64,000 nt of DNA from an uncultured Planctomycetota bacterium (GTDB taxonomy: Bacteria; Planctomycetota; Phycisphaerae; Tepidisphaerales; Tepidisphaeraceae). The first letter of the stretch is position 1. The number at the start of each line of letters is the position of its first letter. Positions 39,550 to 50,215 of this stretch are shown piece after piece. The stretch covers positions 864,001-928,000 of the forward strand of contig CAWJEN010000005.1 in the NCBI GenBank assembly GCA_963841915.1. The letters are read 5' to 3'. Both the position numbers and the translations under genes were made by a program. The notes beneath the pieces were generated by a model, which worked only from the letters and a program-made list of their open reading frames with translations, did no database searches and had not been told where the DNA came from.

Positions 39550-39971
39550 CAACGGCCTCCTTCCGACGCGGCGTCGTCGAGGATCGCCAGATACTTCTGC
39601 GGGTCGGCCTGGACGGTCGCGACGCACCCGCCACAGCAGACCTTCACGACGCGGCCGTCGAGGTCGACATCGATCGGCTCGCCCATGGTGCCAAGCTCGA
39701 CACCGGTGACAGGGCACGTCGTCAGCGGATACGAACTGTTGGCCGCCTGCGTAGCAGGAACGATGTCCGCCATATCATTCCCGGCGTGGTCGTGCATCGA
39801 TTCAGGCTCGGTCTCGATTGGCCGTGCCGCGACGTCGAAAGGGTCGGCCGCCGTGGGCGGACGCGGATCGGTCGCCGACGCATGGGCCGGGTGATCGGTT
39901 GGCGGTTGAAAATCGGCGGAGCTTACACAGCCACCGACCAGAGCGGGAATCATAAAGAGAATCTTCTTCAT
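39549..39971 (-). CDS. Lipoprotein with YHS/TRASH-like metal-binding domain
   Basis: Lipobox VGGC; YPLTTCPVTG...KVCCGGC...DPQKY. Confidence 0.8.
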   Translation of the reverse strand: MKKILFMIPALVGGCVSSADFQPPTDHPAHASATDPRPPTAADPFDVAARPIETEPESMHDHAGNDMADIVPATQAANSSYPLTTCPVTGVELGTMGEPIDVDLDGRVVKVCCGGCVATVQADPQKYLAILDDAASEGGR

Positions 39972-40724
39972 CAGTCTTTTTTGAAGTGAGGAACAGGCAC
40001 ACAGGAACGCCCACGGCACCATCGCCGTGTTCGTGACCGAGTGGGCTGTTCATCACTTCAAGAAGACCGCGTGCCACACGCACCGGTCGCGCCCGGACCA
40101 AGGCGGCGGTTTTCGGTCGCTCAGGACCATGCGCCGCGCCGGTGCGGGCGGCGTCGGGTTGGGGGTCTTGCGTCACGCTTCCGGCGAACGACGGGCAGAC
40201 GTTCAAGCAGGCGGCATGAAGGGCGGCACGGGTCGCCGTCTGCGGAGATCTGTGTCGGATTCTGCGCCGTTGCCACCTCCCACCTCCGACTTGAAGCACG
40301 CGGACGCAAACCATCTTCGGGAGCAGATCCCTTAGGACGACGTAAGGGGTCAGAACCTTGTCGCGGCGGTCATGACGCCACACCGGGTGTCACGATCTGA
40401 GCCGCCTTCTGAGGTGGGCGAATTTTGAAGCTGCCGCGAATCATCGCCGACACGGGTGATCCGCCTCGGAATGGACCTACACCACGGCTGGCCCCATCAC
40501 GACGAAAGTTCGGCGACGGCGACCGTCCGCACATCGCCGAACGGCGGCATGGGCTTCAAACCGTTGACGGCGTACAGCACGTTCCACATGCGGGTCCGCA
40601 CGGTCAGGAGACCGGCGTCGAGAGAAGAGGCGTCGATCACGTCGATGTCGAAGCGATGCGGCGCCCGTTGAACGGTTCGTGTCGTCATCGACGCCACCCT
40701 GCAGCCAACTGTTAAGTTGACCCA

Positions 40725-41609
40725 TCAGGCTTCGAGGCAGCGAGCATCGTCTACAGGGCCAGCCGGCAGTCGACACGCGTCATGAAGCGATCGGATCTCG
40801 TCCGGTGTCAACGCCCGATCGAACACGGCTAACCCTGCCAGGTGACCGTCCAGCGGCTCGGCACCGTGTCTGCCGCGGACACAACGAGCCCCGACGACAA
40901 AGTCGCTTGGACCGTTCGGCTTGGAAGCGGCGTGCTGCTGTAGTTCATACCGAAAGATGCCGCGGCCATGATGGAAGGGATTGATTCCGCGGTGCCCGCC
41001 GTCGGGGCCTTCCTGCGTGAAGTAGCGGTCGTCACGATTGTCCTCTTTCGGGTCGACTTGCCGGGGCTTGGCGACGCCGTCGAGGTAAGCGGTCAGCGTG
41101 ATCCCGTCGTATGTCATCGCCATCGTGCACCAGCGATTGGCCGGGTACTCATCAACCGTTGCAGCGTAGTCGACGCACCAAGGCAGGATCGAGCCGTCTT
41201 TCCTGCGGGTCGCGCCGCCCTCGCTGCTGACGTGCGGCGTGACGCGTTTAGCGCCGCCATAGAGGTTCATGTCGAGTAGCAACGCGTACTGTCGCGTGCC
41301 GGAGTCGTCCCCGGGGCCCGTCCCCTCGTACCACATTCCGCCGACTGTGCCTCCGCGGCCGATTTTATTCATCCGGACGATCGCGAACATGCTTAGCTGC
41401 GCGTCGGTGCCGTGGATGTTGAGTGCCCCTGTTTTCGCGTGGGGCAGGCAGAGGTACGCGCCGTTGTCGAACGAGGCAGCGAAGCCGCCGGCAGGGGCAT
41501 CCTCAATGCGGCCGACCGATCCGTTGATCTCCTGAAGCGGGAAGGATGCCCGACCGATCTTGGCGAGGCGCGGTGCTCCTGGCGGCTCGGCAAAATCCCA
41601 CCAAGCCAC
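40725..41609 (-). CDS. LamG/concanavalin-like domain protein (5' end possibly frameshifted)
   Basis: LVAWWDF, WCTMAMTYDG...AYLDG, LAVFDRALTPDEI. Confidence 0.75.
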   Translation of the reverse strand: MAWWDFAEPPGAPRLAKIGRASFPLQEINGSVGRIEDAPAGGFAASFDNGAYLCLPHAKTGALNIHGTDAQLSMFAIVRMNKIGRGGTVGGMWYEGTGPGDDSGTRQYALLLDMNLYGGAKRVTPHVSSEGGATRRKDGSILPWCVDYAATVDEYPANRWCTMAMTYDGITLTAYLDGVAKPRQVDPKEDNRDDRYFTQEGPDGGHRGINPFHHGRGIFRYELQQHAASKPNGPSDFVVGARCVRGRHGAEPLDGHLAGLAVFDRALTPDEIRSLHDACRLPAGPVDDARCLEA

Positions 41610-41709
41610 AAGGGACTTCTCGCGCCGAGCAGGTCCATGAGATCGTTCATGCCGCGAAGATTACACCTCGCCCTCGACACTGCAATCGACATGGACAAAA
41701 CTGAACGTC

Positions 41710-42552
41710 GTGTTGAGACCTGTCGACTACGCCAGAGCGTTACTAGCCTGTCGCCTGACGGTGATCGAAGCTCGCCGCGCAACCTTTGAGCCCGGGTATA
41801 CGGAAGCGGTTGAAAAGCTGAAGTTTTCGCTTCTCCTCTTCGTGCGGCGTGGCATGTTTCCTTACACGGTCAACGGCCGTGAACACCTGCTGAGTCGGGG
41901 AAGCGCGATTCACGCGCCGGCGGGCGCGTTAAGGCAGTGGACGATTCCCGAGGGACGCGGCGTAGACGCTTCTTGGTTTCGCTACGCATGCCAACCGGAC
42001 GAACCGAACATGGACGAGGCGATGGTCGGACGCGTGGCGTCAATCGACCTCGAAGACGCTGCTATCGCTCGGCTTCGCGGGCTTTTCAGCAGCGTCCATC
42101 CGGCTGACATGGTGGCTGCCGAAGGGGAAGCCAAGGCAATCTTCAGCCGAGTCATTCCGAGGCTCAAGCTCGCCTACAGGCAGGCGGCAGGGGCAAACGA
42201 ACCGTCGCCCCGACGTGGAGACATCGCCGTGAACAGAGCCGTCCGATATCTCGATGTCTCCTACCAGCAGCGAGATGCGCTGGAACGAATGACGCGCCAG
42301 ACGCCGATGAGCCCGAGCTATTTCCGCAAGCTGTTTCGCGCGCAGGTCGGATTGTCGCCCCAAGCTTTCCTGACCCGGAGGCGTTTGCAGCAGGCGCGTT
42401 ACCTTCTGCGGACGGCTGAGCTGAGCGTGAAGGATGTTGCCGACCAAGTGGGGTATGACGACCCGCTCTACTTCAGTCGGGCGTACGCCCGCTTCTGGGG
42501 CCGCCCCCCGTCAGGCGATCAAACGGCAAGTTGGTCAGAAAATGATCGCTAG
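41710..42552 (+). CDS. AraC-family transcriptional regulator
   Basis: SPSYFRKLF...GLSP...ARYLL...SVKDVADQVGYDDPLYFSR. Confidence 0.92.
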   Translation: MLRPVDYARALLACRLTVIEARRATFEPGYTEAVEKLKFSLLLFVRRGMFPYTVNGREHLLSRGSAIHAPAGALRQWTIPEGRGVDASWFRYACQPDEPNMDEAMVGRVASIDLEDAAIARLRGLFSSVHPADMVAAEGEAKAIFSRVIPRLKLAYRQAAGANEPSPRRGDIAVNRAVRYLDVSYQQRDALERMTRQTPMSPSYFRKLFRAQVGLSPQAFLTRRRLQQARYLLRTAELSVKDVADQVGYDDPLYFSRAYARFWGRPPSGDQTASWSENDR

Positions 42553-42687
42553 GGCGACTGAAGGACGCGTTTTGTCCATGAGGTTGTCCGCTCGATCCAT
42601 CGACGGCTTCGATAGATGTGGTAGCTTTGCGGGGATCAAGATCGACTACTGGCCTTGACATCGCGCCACTTCACATCGGAGAAGAGA

Positions 42688-43434
42688 ATGAACCGCCTCA
42701 ACTGCATTGCCGTCGTCCTCGGCCTCGCCGCCGCTTCTTCCGCCACCCAGGCGGCCGTCGTAACGACCGAAGTGTTCAACAACACGTCGCGGACGTTCTT
42801 TCCGGTCCTGAACAACGATCTTATCGACGGCGTCCTGCCGACCGTGACTGACGCAACGATGGACCCGGGGTTTGTCCCCCTCAACTCGAGCTTCACGATC
42901 GACAACATCACCGACGGCAGCAACAGCAATTCCGGCGGCAGCATCGTCGACACTCGCTACGACGCGGGCGAGTCGGCCGTCGGCACGCTCATGTACGAGC
43001 TGACCTTCGACCTCGACACGTCCGTCAATGCACTCGGCTACGACATTTCGTCGATCATCTCGACGACTAACGGTTCCGATGAACGCGTCAATCAGGACAT
43101 TGAAATTTTCTTCAGCTTCGTCGGCGACGGTGGCTTCACCTCGATCGACCGGAACCTCTACGCGCCGCGCGGCAACGATCGCGGAGACGCCAGCGCGCAG
43201 GTGACCTTCACGGACACCACCGGACTGCTGGGCAGCGGCGTTGATGCGGTTCGCTTCCGCACATACCTGGTCAACGACACCCTGCTCGACGGCACGACGA
43301 CGCCAAGCCCGAATGGTGCCACCGTCTTCAGCGAGTTTGACGTCGTTGCTATTGCAACGGTCCCGGAGCCGACCTCGGCACTGGCCGGCCTGGCCGGCCT
43401 GGCCATGCTCGCGATGCGTCAGCGTTCGCGTTGA
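42688..43434 (+). CDS. PEP-CTERM sorting domain protein
   Basis: Signal peptide; C-terminal VPEPTSALAGLAGLAMLAMRQRSR. Confidence 0.92.
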   Translation: MNRLNCIAVVLGLAAASSATQAAVVTTEVFNNTSRTFFPVLNNDLIDGVLPTVTDATMDPGFVPLNSSFTIDNITDGSNSNSGGSIVDTRYDAGESAVGTLMYELTFDLDTSVNALGYDISSIISTTNGSDERVNQDIEIFFSFVGDGGFTSIDRNLYAPRGNDRGDASAQVTFTDTTGLLGSGVDAVRFRTYLVNDTLLDGTTTPSPNGATVFSEFDVVAIATVPEPTSALAGLAGLAMLAMRQRSR

Positions 43435-43650
43435 GCCGATCGTGTCGGGCAGTACGATCTGAGCCGTTCAAGCAGGACGGCGTCAGTGCCTCGCGTGCCG
43501 TGCCGCTCATCAGGCCAACTCTGTGCGACGGAGCTGCCTCGAAGGGCGTGACGACGGGCGCGGTCGGCGAAGAGCGTTGCGTTTCAAATGACCTGGAGCG
43601 GGAGGATCCGCGACACGGGCTGTTATCCCACCTGTTCCGAAGGAGGAACC

Positions 43651-44415
43651 ATGTCTGTTATCGATCATCGCATCCGTGCTCGCCGTCAACGAGGCTTCAC
43701 GCTAGTGGAGCTCTTGGTTGTCATCGGCATCATCGCGCTGCTCATTTCCATTCTGCTGCCGACGCTGAGTTCCGCCCGCAAGTCCGCCAAAGCCGTCGCG
43801 TGCCTCAGTAACCTCAGACAAATGGGAACAGCCCTCGTGCAGTATGCCAACGACGAGAGCCTGTGGCTGCCAGCGCCGTTCGGCGATCAGAATCCGAACA
43901 ATGATCCGGGTGCAGATCCGAAGTGGTACGCGAGCGTTGTCCTTGGCAGGTACACGACCGGTGGAGAGGTGCTTCTCTGTGGCGAGGACGACACGCCGCT
44001 TGATGTTCGGAACAACTTCAACTGGTCTTTGCCTGCCGGAGATCGGGAGCGGGTAGTCAACCTCAGCTACGCCTACAACGGCGGGTGGGACCGAGAGTTT
44101 TCTCATCGCAGACTCAGTTCCATCAAAAATTCCACGGTAGTTCGTGCAGTCGGCGATCAAGGCTTGGGTAAGGAGCACAACGGAACCTTCAACTTCGAGA
44201 ACCTTTCGAATTGGACCGAGCAGTTTCCCTTCACACGCCACGACGGCGACACGAACTTGAATTTCTTCGACGGGCATGCTGAAAAGGTGCCGGGCGCCGA
44301 GGAGCCTTCCGATCGTCCTGAATGGGAATTTCAGGACTTCGCCGACGATACCGAGAGCGAGTTCAAGAGGGCCTGGGACAGCGGGTACTGGTTCAGCACC
44401 GTATGGCGAGGCTGA
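43651..44415 (+). CDS. Prepilin-type N-methylation domain protein with H-X9-DG motif (DUF1559-like)
   Basis: [53 protein letters not shown]. Confidence 0.93.
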   Translation: MSVIDHRIRARRQRGFTLVELLVVIGIIALLISILLPTLSSARKSAKAVACLSNLRQMGTALVQYANDESLWLPAPFGDQNPNNDPGADPKWYASVVLGRYTTGGEVLLCGEDDTPLDVRNNFNWSLPAGDRERVVNLSYAYNGGWDREFSHRRLSSIKNSTVVRAVGDQGLGKEHNGTFNFENLSNWTEQFPFTRHDGDTNLNFFDGHAEKVPGAEEPSDRPEWEFQDFADDTESEFKRAWDSGYWFSTVWRG

Positions 44416-44468
44416 ACACAACAAAGCATTCACATTGCTTTTCATCAACCGGTCACCAACGTCTCATA

Positions 44469-46442
44469 ATGAAGAAGCTCTCAACGCCATTTCTATCGCT
44501 TCTGACCGTTGCGTTTCTCGCTCATGCTCTGTACGCCGAGTCGGCCGACAAGCAGGAAGAGCAAGGTGACGCGGTCGCGCTGCCTGACGACGCGCAGCAA
44601 CTCATCGAAGCCGAACACGACAAGCCCTCGAGCACCAGCGACGTCGTCGAGGTCGAAGGTGCCTCTGGCGGTAAAGTCGTCCAATCGGAATTAGAATGGG
44701 AACCCGTCTTTCAGACGGATGCACTCGCCGAGGTTGCCGGCCCGGTAACGCTCTGGATACGCTATCGCGGCGGCCCGGTTCAACTCAAGACGGTTGTCGA
44801 TGGTCAACAAATAGCTCGAGACTGGAGTTGGGACAAGCCCGAGGTACTGAAGTGGCGAAAGTTGGGTGTCTACGAAACATCTGAGCTCGGAACCAAGGTG
44901 CTTTTCATTCGCGGCAAGGCGGACGGGCCAGTCGCGATCGACTGCATTGCCTACAAAACGGTCAAGACAGAGGAGGAGGAGGTAGGCGACGTTCCGCAGA
45001 ATCCTGGCGAAGCCGGCATCGATAAAGAAGCGACTCGGGGCGACGCAGGCACTTTGCCATCAGCGTCGCCCGACAGTGGCCTGCCGCTACAGATCGTCCC
45101 GTTGTCAGTGGACTGGTCGACCGTTGAGCACGATCTGCCGCAAGAGCTTTGGGGAGTATCGCTCTTCCGCATTGTCCATCCGGTCGACAGCGGTGATCAA
45201 AACTATGTCGATTGGCTTGCGACACTCAATCCTGTGCTCGTTCGGGTTCACAGTGGCGAGATGACCCGCCGCTGGTGGAATGCGGACGCGGAACAGTGGG
45301 ACAAGGAAGCGATGAGGGCCTCCTTCGAGCCACACCGCCAGTTCCTCGAGAAGCCGAACCTGAAGCTGATGATCTGCGCTCCATATGACTGGCCAGCCAG
45401 CGTTCGGAACGAAGCGCAAGACGGCAAGTATCTCGCACCCGATCGATACGATGCGGGTCGGCAAAACTTCAGAGACCTCTTAACGATTCTTATCGACGAT
45501 CTGAGCCTGCCGGTCACGCACCTTGAACTGACGAATGAATGGGACAATACCTACGACAAGCTCGACAAGCTCGATGAGCTTTGGCCTCTGGTGAGAATGC
45601 TCGCCGACGAGGCTCGCGACATTGCGCCTGGCTTACAGGTCGGCGGTCCGGCCTTTACCTACCCAAAGCCGACGTGGATCCATGATCTGCTCGATGTGGC
45701 GGGCGAGCAGATCGACTTCATAAGCTGGCACAGCTATGCGTCGGGTCAACGCACCACCTCGAACGAGGCAGTGATGGCTCGCGTCGCCGAGATTGCCGAC
45801 GAGGCAACGCTCGTCCTGCAAGAGCTCAACGACCGTGGCTTGACAGGCGTCGAGTCGTACGTGACCGAGTTCAACGTCCAGTGGACCTGGCAGCCTTACG
45901 AACGGCGGCACGCCAACAGCATTGGGGCCGCGTTCCAAGCATCGCTCGTCCTCGAGCTCGCCGAGTCGGGCGTTGACGGAGGCGCTGTATGGCACGCGAT
46001 GGGCAATGCTTATGGCCTCGTCGATGACAGCGGTAGCAGGCGAGCGACGGGCCAGCTCTACCTTTGGGCAAATCGCTACGCCTATGGCCAAGTGGCAGTC
46101 TTTAGACTCACCGGCGAAGTTGATCATGCCGAACCATTTGAGCTCGAGCGAAGATTGGCGGTCGCACCGGTGACTATGCCGGACGGTGAACGCACGCTTT
46201 TTCTGGTCAACCAGACAGCGGGTCCAATGCGACTTTCTCGGACCGCCGAAGACATCATGGACGGCAACTCTAACCTTCGTCGCCTGAGCATCACCGCTGA
46301 AGGGGCCGAGGTCGCAGACATGGCACCAGACGAGGCGGTTGAGCTGCCTGGCTACAGCGTCCTCCTTCTGACGACAGCTGCGATGTCGGAGCCCCTCGGC
46401 CGCGTCGACTTGAATGCCCAGCACACGATGTACGATTTTTAA
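44469..46442 (+). CDS. Secreted glycoside hydrolase, clan GH-A (GH39-like)
   Basis: Signal peptide; ELTNEW acid/base, VGGPA, DFISWHSY, YVTEFN nucleophile. Confidence 0.75.
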   Translation: MKKLSTPFLSLLTVAFLAHALYAESADKQEEQGDAVALPDDAQQLIEAEHDKPSSTSDVVEVEGASGGKVVQSELEWEPVFQTDALAEVAGPVTLWIRYRGGPVQLKTVVDGQQIARDWSWDKPEVLKWRKLGVYETSELGTKVLFIRGKADGPVAIDCIAYKTVKTEEEEVGDVPQNPGEAGIDKEATRGDAGTLPSASPDSGLPLQIVPLSVDWSTVEHDLPQELWGVSLFRIVHPVDSGDQNYVDWLATLNPVLVRVHSGEMTRRWWNADAEQWDKEAMRASFEPHRQFLEKPNLKLMICAPYDWPASVRNEAQDGKYLAPDRYDAGRQNFRDLLTILIDDLSLPVTHLELTNEWDNTYDKLDKLDELWPLVRMLADEARDIAPGLQVGGPAFTYPKPTWIHDLLDVAGEQIDFISWHSYASGQRTTSNEAVMARVAEIADEATLVLQELNDRGLTGVESYVTEFNVQWTWQPYERRHANSIGAAFQASLVLELAESGVDGGAVWHAMGNAYGLVDDSGSRRATGQLYLWANRYAYGQVAVFRLTGEVDHAEPFELERRLAVAPVTMPDGERTLFLVNQTAGPMRLSRTAEDIMDGNSNLRRLSITAEGAEVADMAPDEAVELPGYSVLLLTTAAMSEPLGRVDLNAQHTMYDF

Positions 46443-46529
46443 GGCTCAAGCCGTCTCTGCTGCCTCAGTCGCCTTACGGTAAGACAACGATTCAACGCGA
46501 TCGCCTTTGGGTCCAAGAACGCCGAGCGA

Positions 46530-47552
46530 TCATGAAGTGACCAGCCTCAGCAGGTCATCCACATGAGCTGTCGCCACACACTCGACGGTGTCGGCGGCTC
46601 CATAGTAGACTTTGACTTCGCCATCGGGCTCAAGAATCATGCCGCCAGGGAATATGACGTCGTTGCGAAAGCCCTCGCATTCGTAGCTTTCTTTAGGGAT
46701 CATCAGCGGCTCTTGGCTCATCCCGATGACGCGACTCGGGTCGTCGAGGTCGAGAAGCATCAGTCCGGCAACGTAAGTCTTGTTCCAACTTGCCTCCCAG
46801 CCCCGCTTTGTCGCCTCGGACCTTACCTGGGCGGCGTGGAATGTGGTCAACCAGCCGGCTCGCGTTCGGATCGGCGGCGCAGCCGGCCCGATCTTGTCAT
46901 TACAAAACGGAACCGAGTCCGCTGGAAGCACCAGCCGGTGCTGCCCCCAATCGCGAAGGTCAATCGAGCGACTGAGCCAAATCTCCGGTCGACGCCGAAG
47001 GTAGTAACCCAACATCGGTCTCTCGAGTCGAACGAACCGCCCGCCGATCGTCTCAGGAAACAGCACCATGTTGCGATTGTCCGGAAGACTGAGCGACAGC
47101 ACCTCCCAATTTCCAAAGTCCTCAGTTACCGCGATGCCGCCACGTAATCCGTAGCGGGTATCGACGGCGAAGCACATGTACACGCGACCGTCGATGACAG
47201 TCAAGCGGGGGTCGTAGAAGCGAAACACATCTTCGGGCGTTTCCTGTGGTGACAGATGATCCGCCACCATTTTGCGCGCTGTCTCAAGATTAATGCACGG
47301 CTGCGCATCAACACACCAGTTGAAGCCGTCCTTGCTGGTCGCGAGACCAATATTCGTTCCATCAAACTGTCGCTGCCCCGACGCCTCACGTACAGCAAAA
47401 GCCTCGGCGCCGACGGGCCCAAAATCATTGCGAAACACCATCGCGTACCGCCCAGAGTACTTGCACACGCCAGCATTGAAGATCAGCGACGCCGGAAACG
47501 GAACCATCCCGGCAGAAAGCACAGGATTCAACGGGTGGCGTACTAACGTCAT
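46530..47552 (-). CDS. GH130 family glycosidase/phosphorylase
   Basis: RHPLNPVL, IFNAGV, YDPRLT, NRNMVLFPE, KIGPAAPP, VIFPGG, YYGAAD. Confidence 0.9.
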   Translation of the reverse strand: MTLVRHPLNPVLSAGMVPFPASLIFNAGVCKYSGRYAMVFRNDFGPVGAEAFAVREASGQRQFDGTNIGLATSKDGFNWCVDAQPCINLETARKMVADHLSPQETPEDVFRFYDPRLTVIDGRVYMCFAVDTRYGLRGGIAVTEDFGNWEVLSLSLPDNRNMVLFPETIGGRFVRLERPMLGYYLRRRPEIWLSRSIDLRDWGQHRLVLPADSVPFCNDKIGPAAPPIRTRAGWLTTFHAAQVRSEATKRGWEASWNKTYVAGLMLLDLDDPSRVIGMSQEPLMIPKESYECEGFRNDVIFPGGMILEPDGEVKVYYGAADTVECVATAHVDDLLRLVTS

Positions 47553-47927
47553 TGCTCTTGTTGTAACAGATCGACGCGATCGAGTCATTTCTCTCGCCAC
47601 TTTGCTCAACGTCCTGACTCTCGTTCTGACTCATCCGACCGTCTAGTGGAGTTTAGAGCGCAGTGAGACGTCTACGCTCAGGCTAAAGTGTGAACATCCT
47701 GTCGAAATGCAACGTTTTGATCGGACTCGGTCAGCGGAAAGAGCGTCTGACTCCGAGTCTAGAGCAAAGTCGGGAGCGTCCCGCCCAGACCGCAGCGAGT
47801 TGGTGTCGCAGCGAGCTAGCGAAAATGAGGAGTCTGAGAAGTGAGCAGACGTGAAGAGCAATAGTCGCACCCACTGCGATGACTACATGCCTCAGCTCTA
47901 CCACCTCTGAACGCACCGCGGCCAGTG

Positions 47928-48225
47928 TTCAAAAAAAAAGTATCAAGAGCTGCGTGTCCGCCAATCCCGCCTCGAACGCTGAATCGAAGCCGCCGGTCGA
48001 GGCCATAATGAGAAGGCTAAGCAAGCCCTCAAACTGTTCAAACTTTCACTAAGCCTGCGAGAACGGTGGCTTACGGCCGATTACGCCACGAAGCGAACGA
48101 TCCTCGACCTCCTCTGGTCGAACTTTCGCCTCGGGGCGTAAGACTCGTTCCCGCAGTGAGAGAGCCCTTCGATGTGCTCGTCGAAGGGCTTGAACTCGCC
48201 AAAGGTCGGGCTGACAGGATTCGAT
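47928..48225 (+). pseudogene. C-terminal remnant of a large serine recombinase/integrase
   Basis: Stop- and frameshift-containing ...LSLSLRERWLTADYATKRTILDLLWSNFRL/GVRLVPAVREPFDVLVEGL... running into a tRNA 3' end; resembles tails of planctomycete tRNA-adjacent recombinases (from memory). Confidence 0.6.
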
Positions 48226-48280
48226 TCTGCGACCTCTTGACACCCAGTCAAGCGCACTAACCAAACTGCGCCACAGCCCG
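48206..48280 (-). tRNA. tRNA-Pro(GGG), degenerate and probably a pseudogene
   Basis: Cloverleaf CGGGCTG/CAGCCCG acceptor stem, CTTGA-CTGGGTG-TCAAG anticodon arm; T-arm reads GAATCGAAT instead of GGTTCGAAT and position 37 is T. Confidence 0.85.
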
Positions 48281-48334
48281 TTGAGCCGACAGATGCACTG
48301 CCGCCCCTTGGCAGATGCAGCATTTTGCGGAACT

Positions 48335-48470
48335 ATGAATGTGGCCCTTTTCGGTTCCGGCGGACGGGAGCACGCCCTCGCGTGGAAACTGTGCCAATCG
48401 CCCCGGCTCGGCAAGCTCCACGCGTGGCCAGGCAACCCCGGCATCGCAGCCGTCTCGCACAAAGTCACGT
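48335..48470 (+). pseudogene. purD: 5' fragment (about 45 codons) of phosphoribosylamine-glycine ligase
   Basis: [23 protein letters not shown]...PGNPGI, then similarity stops. Confidence 0.85.
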
Positions 48471-48781
48471 GCCGATTGATCGGACGTCGAACTTCAAAGC
48501 TGACCGATTTGGGGGACCGGACTCAGTCGCTCGACCTCCTCTACGAAGCCGTTCATAAGGGCGAGCGCATCATCGAGGCCGCGGTAGCATGTTGGGGCCT
48601 CCGTTCGCAGCGAGGCATCGTCGACGCGTGCCGTGATGTAGACCTGACGTCGCAGGTTGGCGAAGTCGAAGTTGATGGCGGCTCGCTTGGCGTCTGACCG
48701 GCTCATCGTTAGCCCGGTGCCGTGCCGCAGGCAGCATTCGATTTCTTCAACACGCTCGGTCGCGCGGACCAGCGACATGTC

Positions 48782-49009
48782 ATCGAGCAGGGGCGACTTG
48801 TTCGTGACTTGGGCAAGACTCTCCTCGATGTAATCGATCGAGCCGACGAAGTGAACTGAGACATCATCGTCGCGACCGGCCCGCAGTACGTCATCCCAAA
48901 GCTGTTCGCACTACTTGGCTTCCCATGAGTAAGTCCGCTGATAAATAGGGATGATGAAGTGCGGGGCATTGTCGAGGAAGGCGAGGAGCTTGGCTTCGCT
49001 GGCGTTCAT
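48782..49009 (-). pseudogene. DUF262 (GmrSD-type) N-terminal fragment
   Basis: FIIPIYQRTYSW, internal TAG, CEQLWDDV...HFVGSI; truncated just before the expected DGQQR motif. Confidence 0.8.
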
Positions 49010-49524
49010 ATGAAGGCGGTCATCGTGCCTCTCCACATGAAGTGCTGCAACTTTGGCGGATCCGCCGCAGGAGAAGAGGTGGTTTGCTTTTGTCAGTCCG
49101 CGGGCACGAACCGCACGACCAGCGTGATGTAGTTGCCCGCGTCGCAATCGGCGAGTTGCTTCACGAAGGCGGCGGGGCCGGTGTTGAAGGTGTAAGTGCC
49201 GACGTTGTTCCAGGTGCCGATCTTCTTGCGCTGGTCGACGTTCACCTCTTCGACACCATCGGCGTGACCCGCATTTTGCGTTGATCGACGGGAAGCCAAT
49301 TGCCCTCGAGTTCTAACGTGGCGGCTGCAAATCTGTCGGCGGGCTCGCCCGAGCCCGAGTAGATAAGGATGCCGTTGACGGCGTCGGTGCCGCGCTGAAG
49401 CACCCCGCTGCCGACTGCCTGATTAGCGAGTTTGGCTTCGTACCACTTGCGGTCCACGCGGTGGATGGAATCAGAGTCGACCGTGACGCCGTCGTGTTGG
49501 GGTTGATGACGCGAGTTTTCGCGT

Positions 49525-50215
49525 TCGCCTCGGAGCACGTCGCCCGCCCGCCCGGCGAGCTAAAGGTAGTGGTCGGGCGGCAGATCGCCGTAGGTGAGGA
49601 AGGGGCTTTGGCCAACGGGCGGATTGGCGGTGACTTGGAGATGTTGGTGCCTTCGTCGATCTCGTCGAACATGGCCACGTAAATCATGTCGGCCCCGGCG
49701 TCGATGTTGTGGTGTATCTGCGACCAGAAGAATTCGCCCTGCTGGCGAGGCGTGCTGTCGAGCTTGCCGCCGTGCTGGTTGTGCCGGGAGAAGCCCGGTG
49801 AGATGACGGGAAGTAAGCCAAGGCCGTTGGCTTTGCACCACTGCATGACCGGGACGTGCTTCTCTTGGATGAAGGCTTAGCCTTCGGCGATGGTATTGAA
49901 GCGAACGGGGGTCCATGGCAACACGACGTCGGCTTTCTTAAGGACTTCGCGGAGCTTGTCGTACGTTCCGCCTTGGCTAAAGCGCCAGTCGTTTTCACAG
50001 CCGATGATGACGGTGTAGCCGCCGTACACAGGGTCGTTCTGGAGCAGGTCGATGACACGCTCATAGAAGTCGGGTGTCCAGGCGCGGGCGGCAAACAGAC
50101 CCCACAACGAGATGACCGGCTTGCCCTTGTAGTGTAGATAGGCCTTATCTTTGGGATCTTTACCGATCTGCATGCGGTCGACGAGGCGTGTCCAGTCGTC
50201 ATGAAACATTCGGAG
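49525..50215 (-). pseudogene. GH71/GH99-like glycosidase remnant
   Basis: YLHYKGKPVISLWG, PVISPGFS, MIYVAMFDEIDEGT; stops at 49877 and 49560, frameshift near 49640, N-terminus missing. Confidence 0.75.

Noticed and set aside
40400..40720. Short minus-strand ORF fragment between the copper cluster and the LamG gene
   Set aside because: No recognisable motif, terminal repeats or RBS; cannot support a call.
47931..47939. A9 homopolymer as a phase-variation or frameshift site
   Set aside because: It lies within the recombinase pseudogene remnant, with no intact gene to switch.
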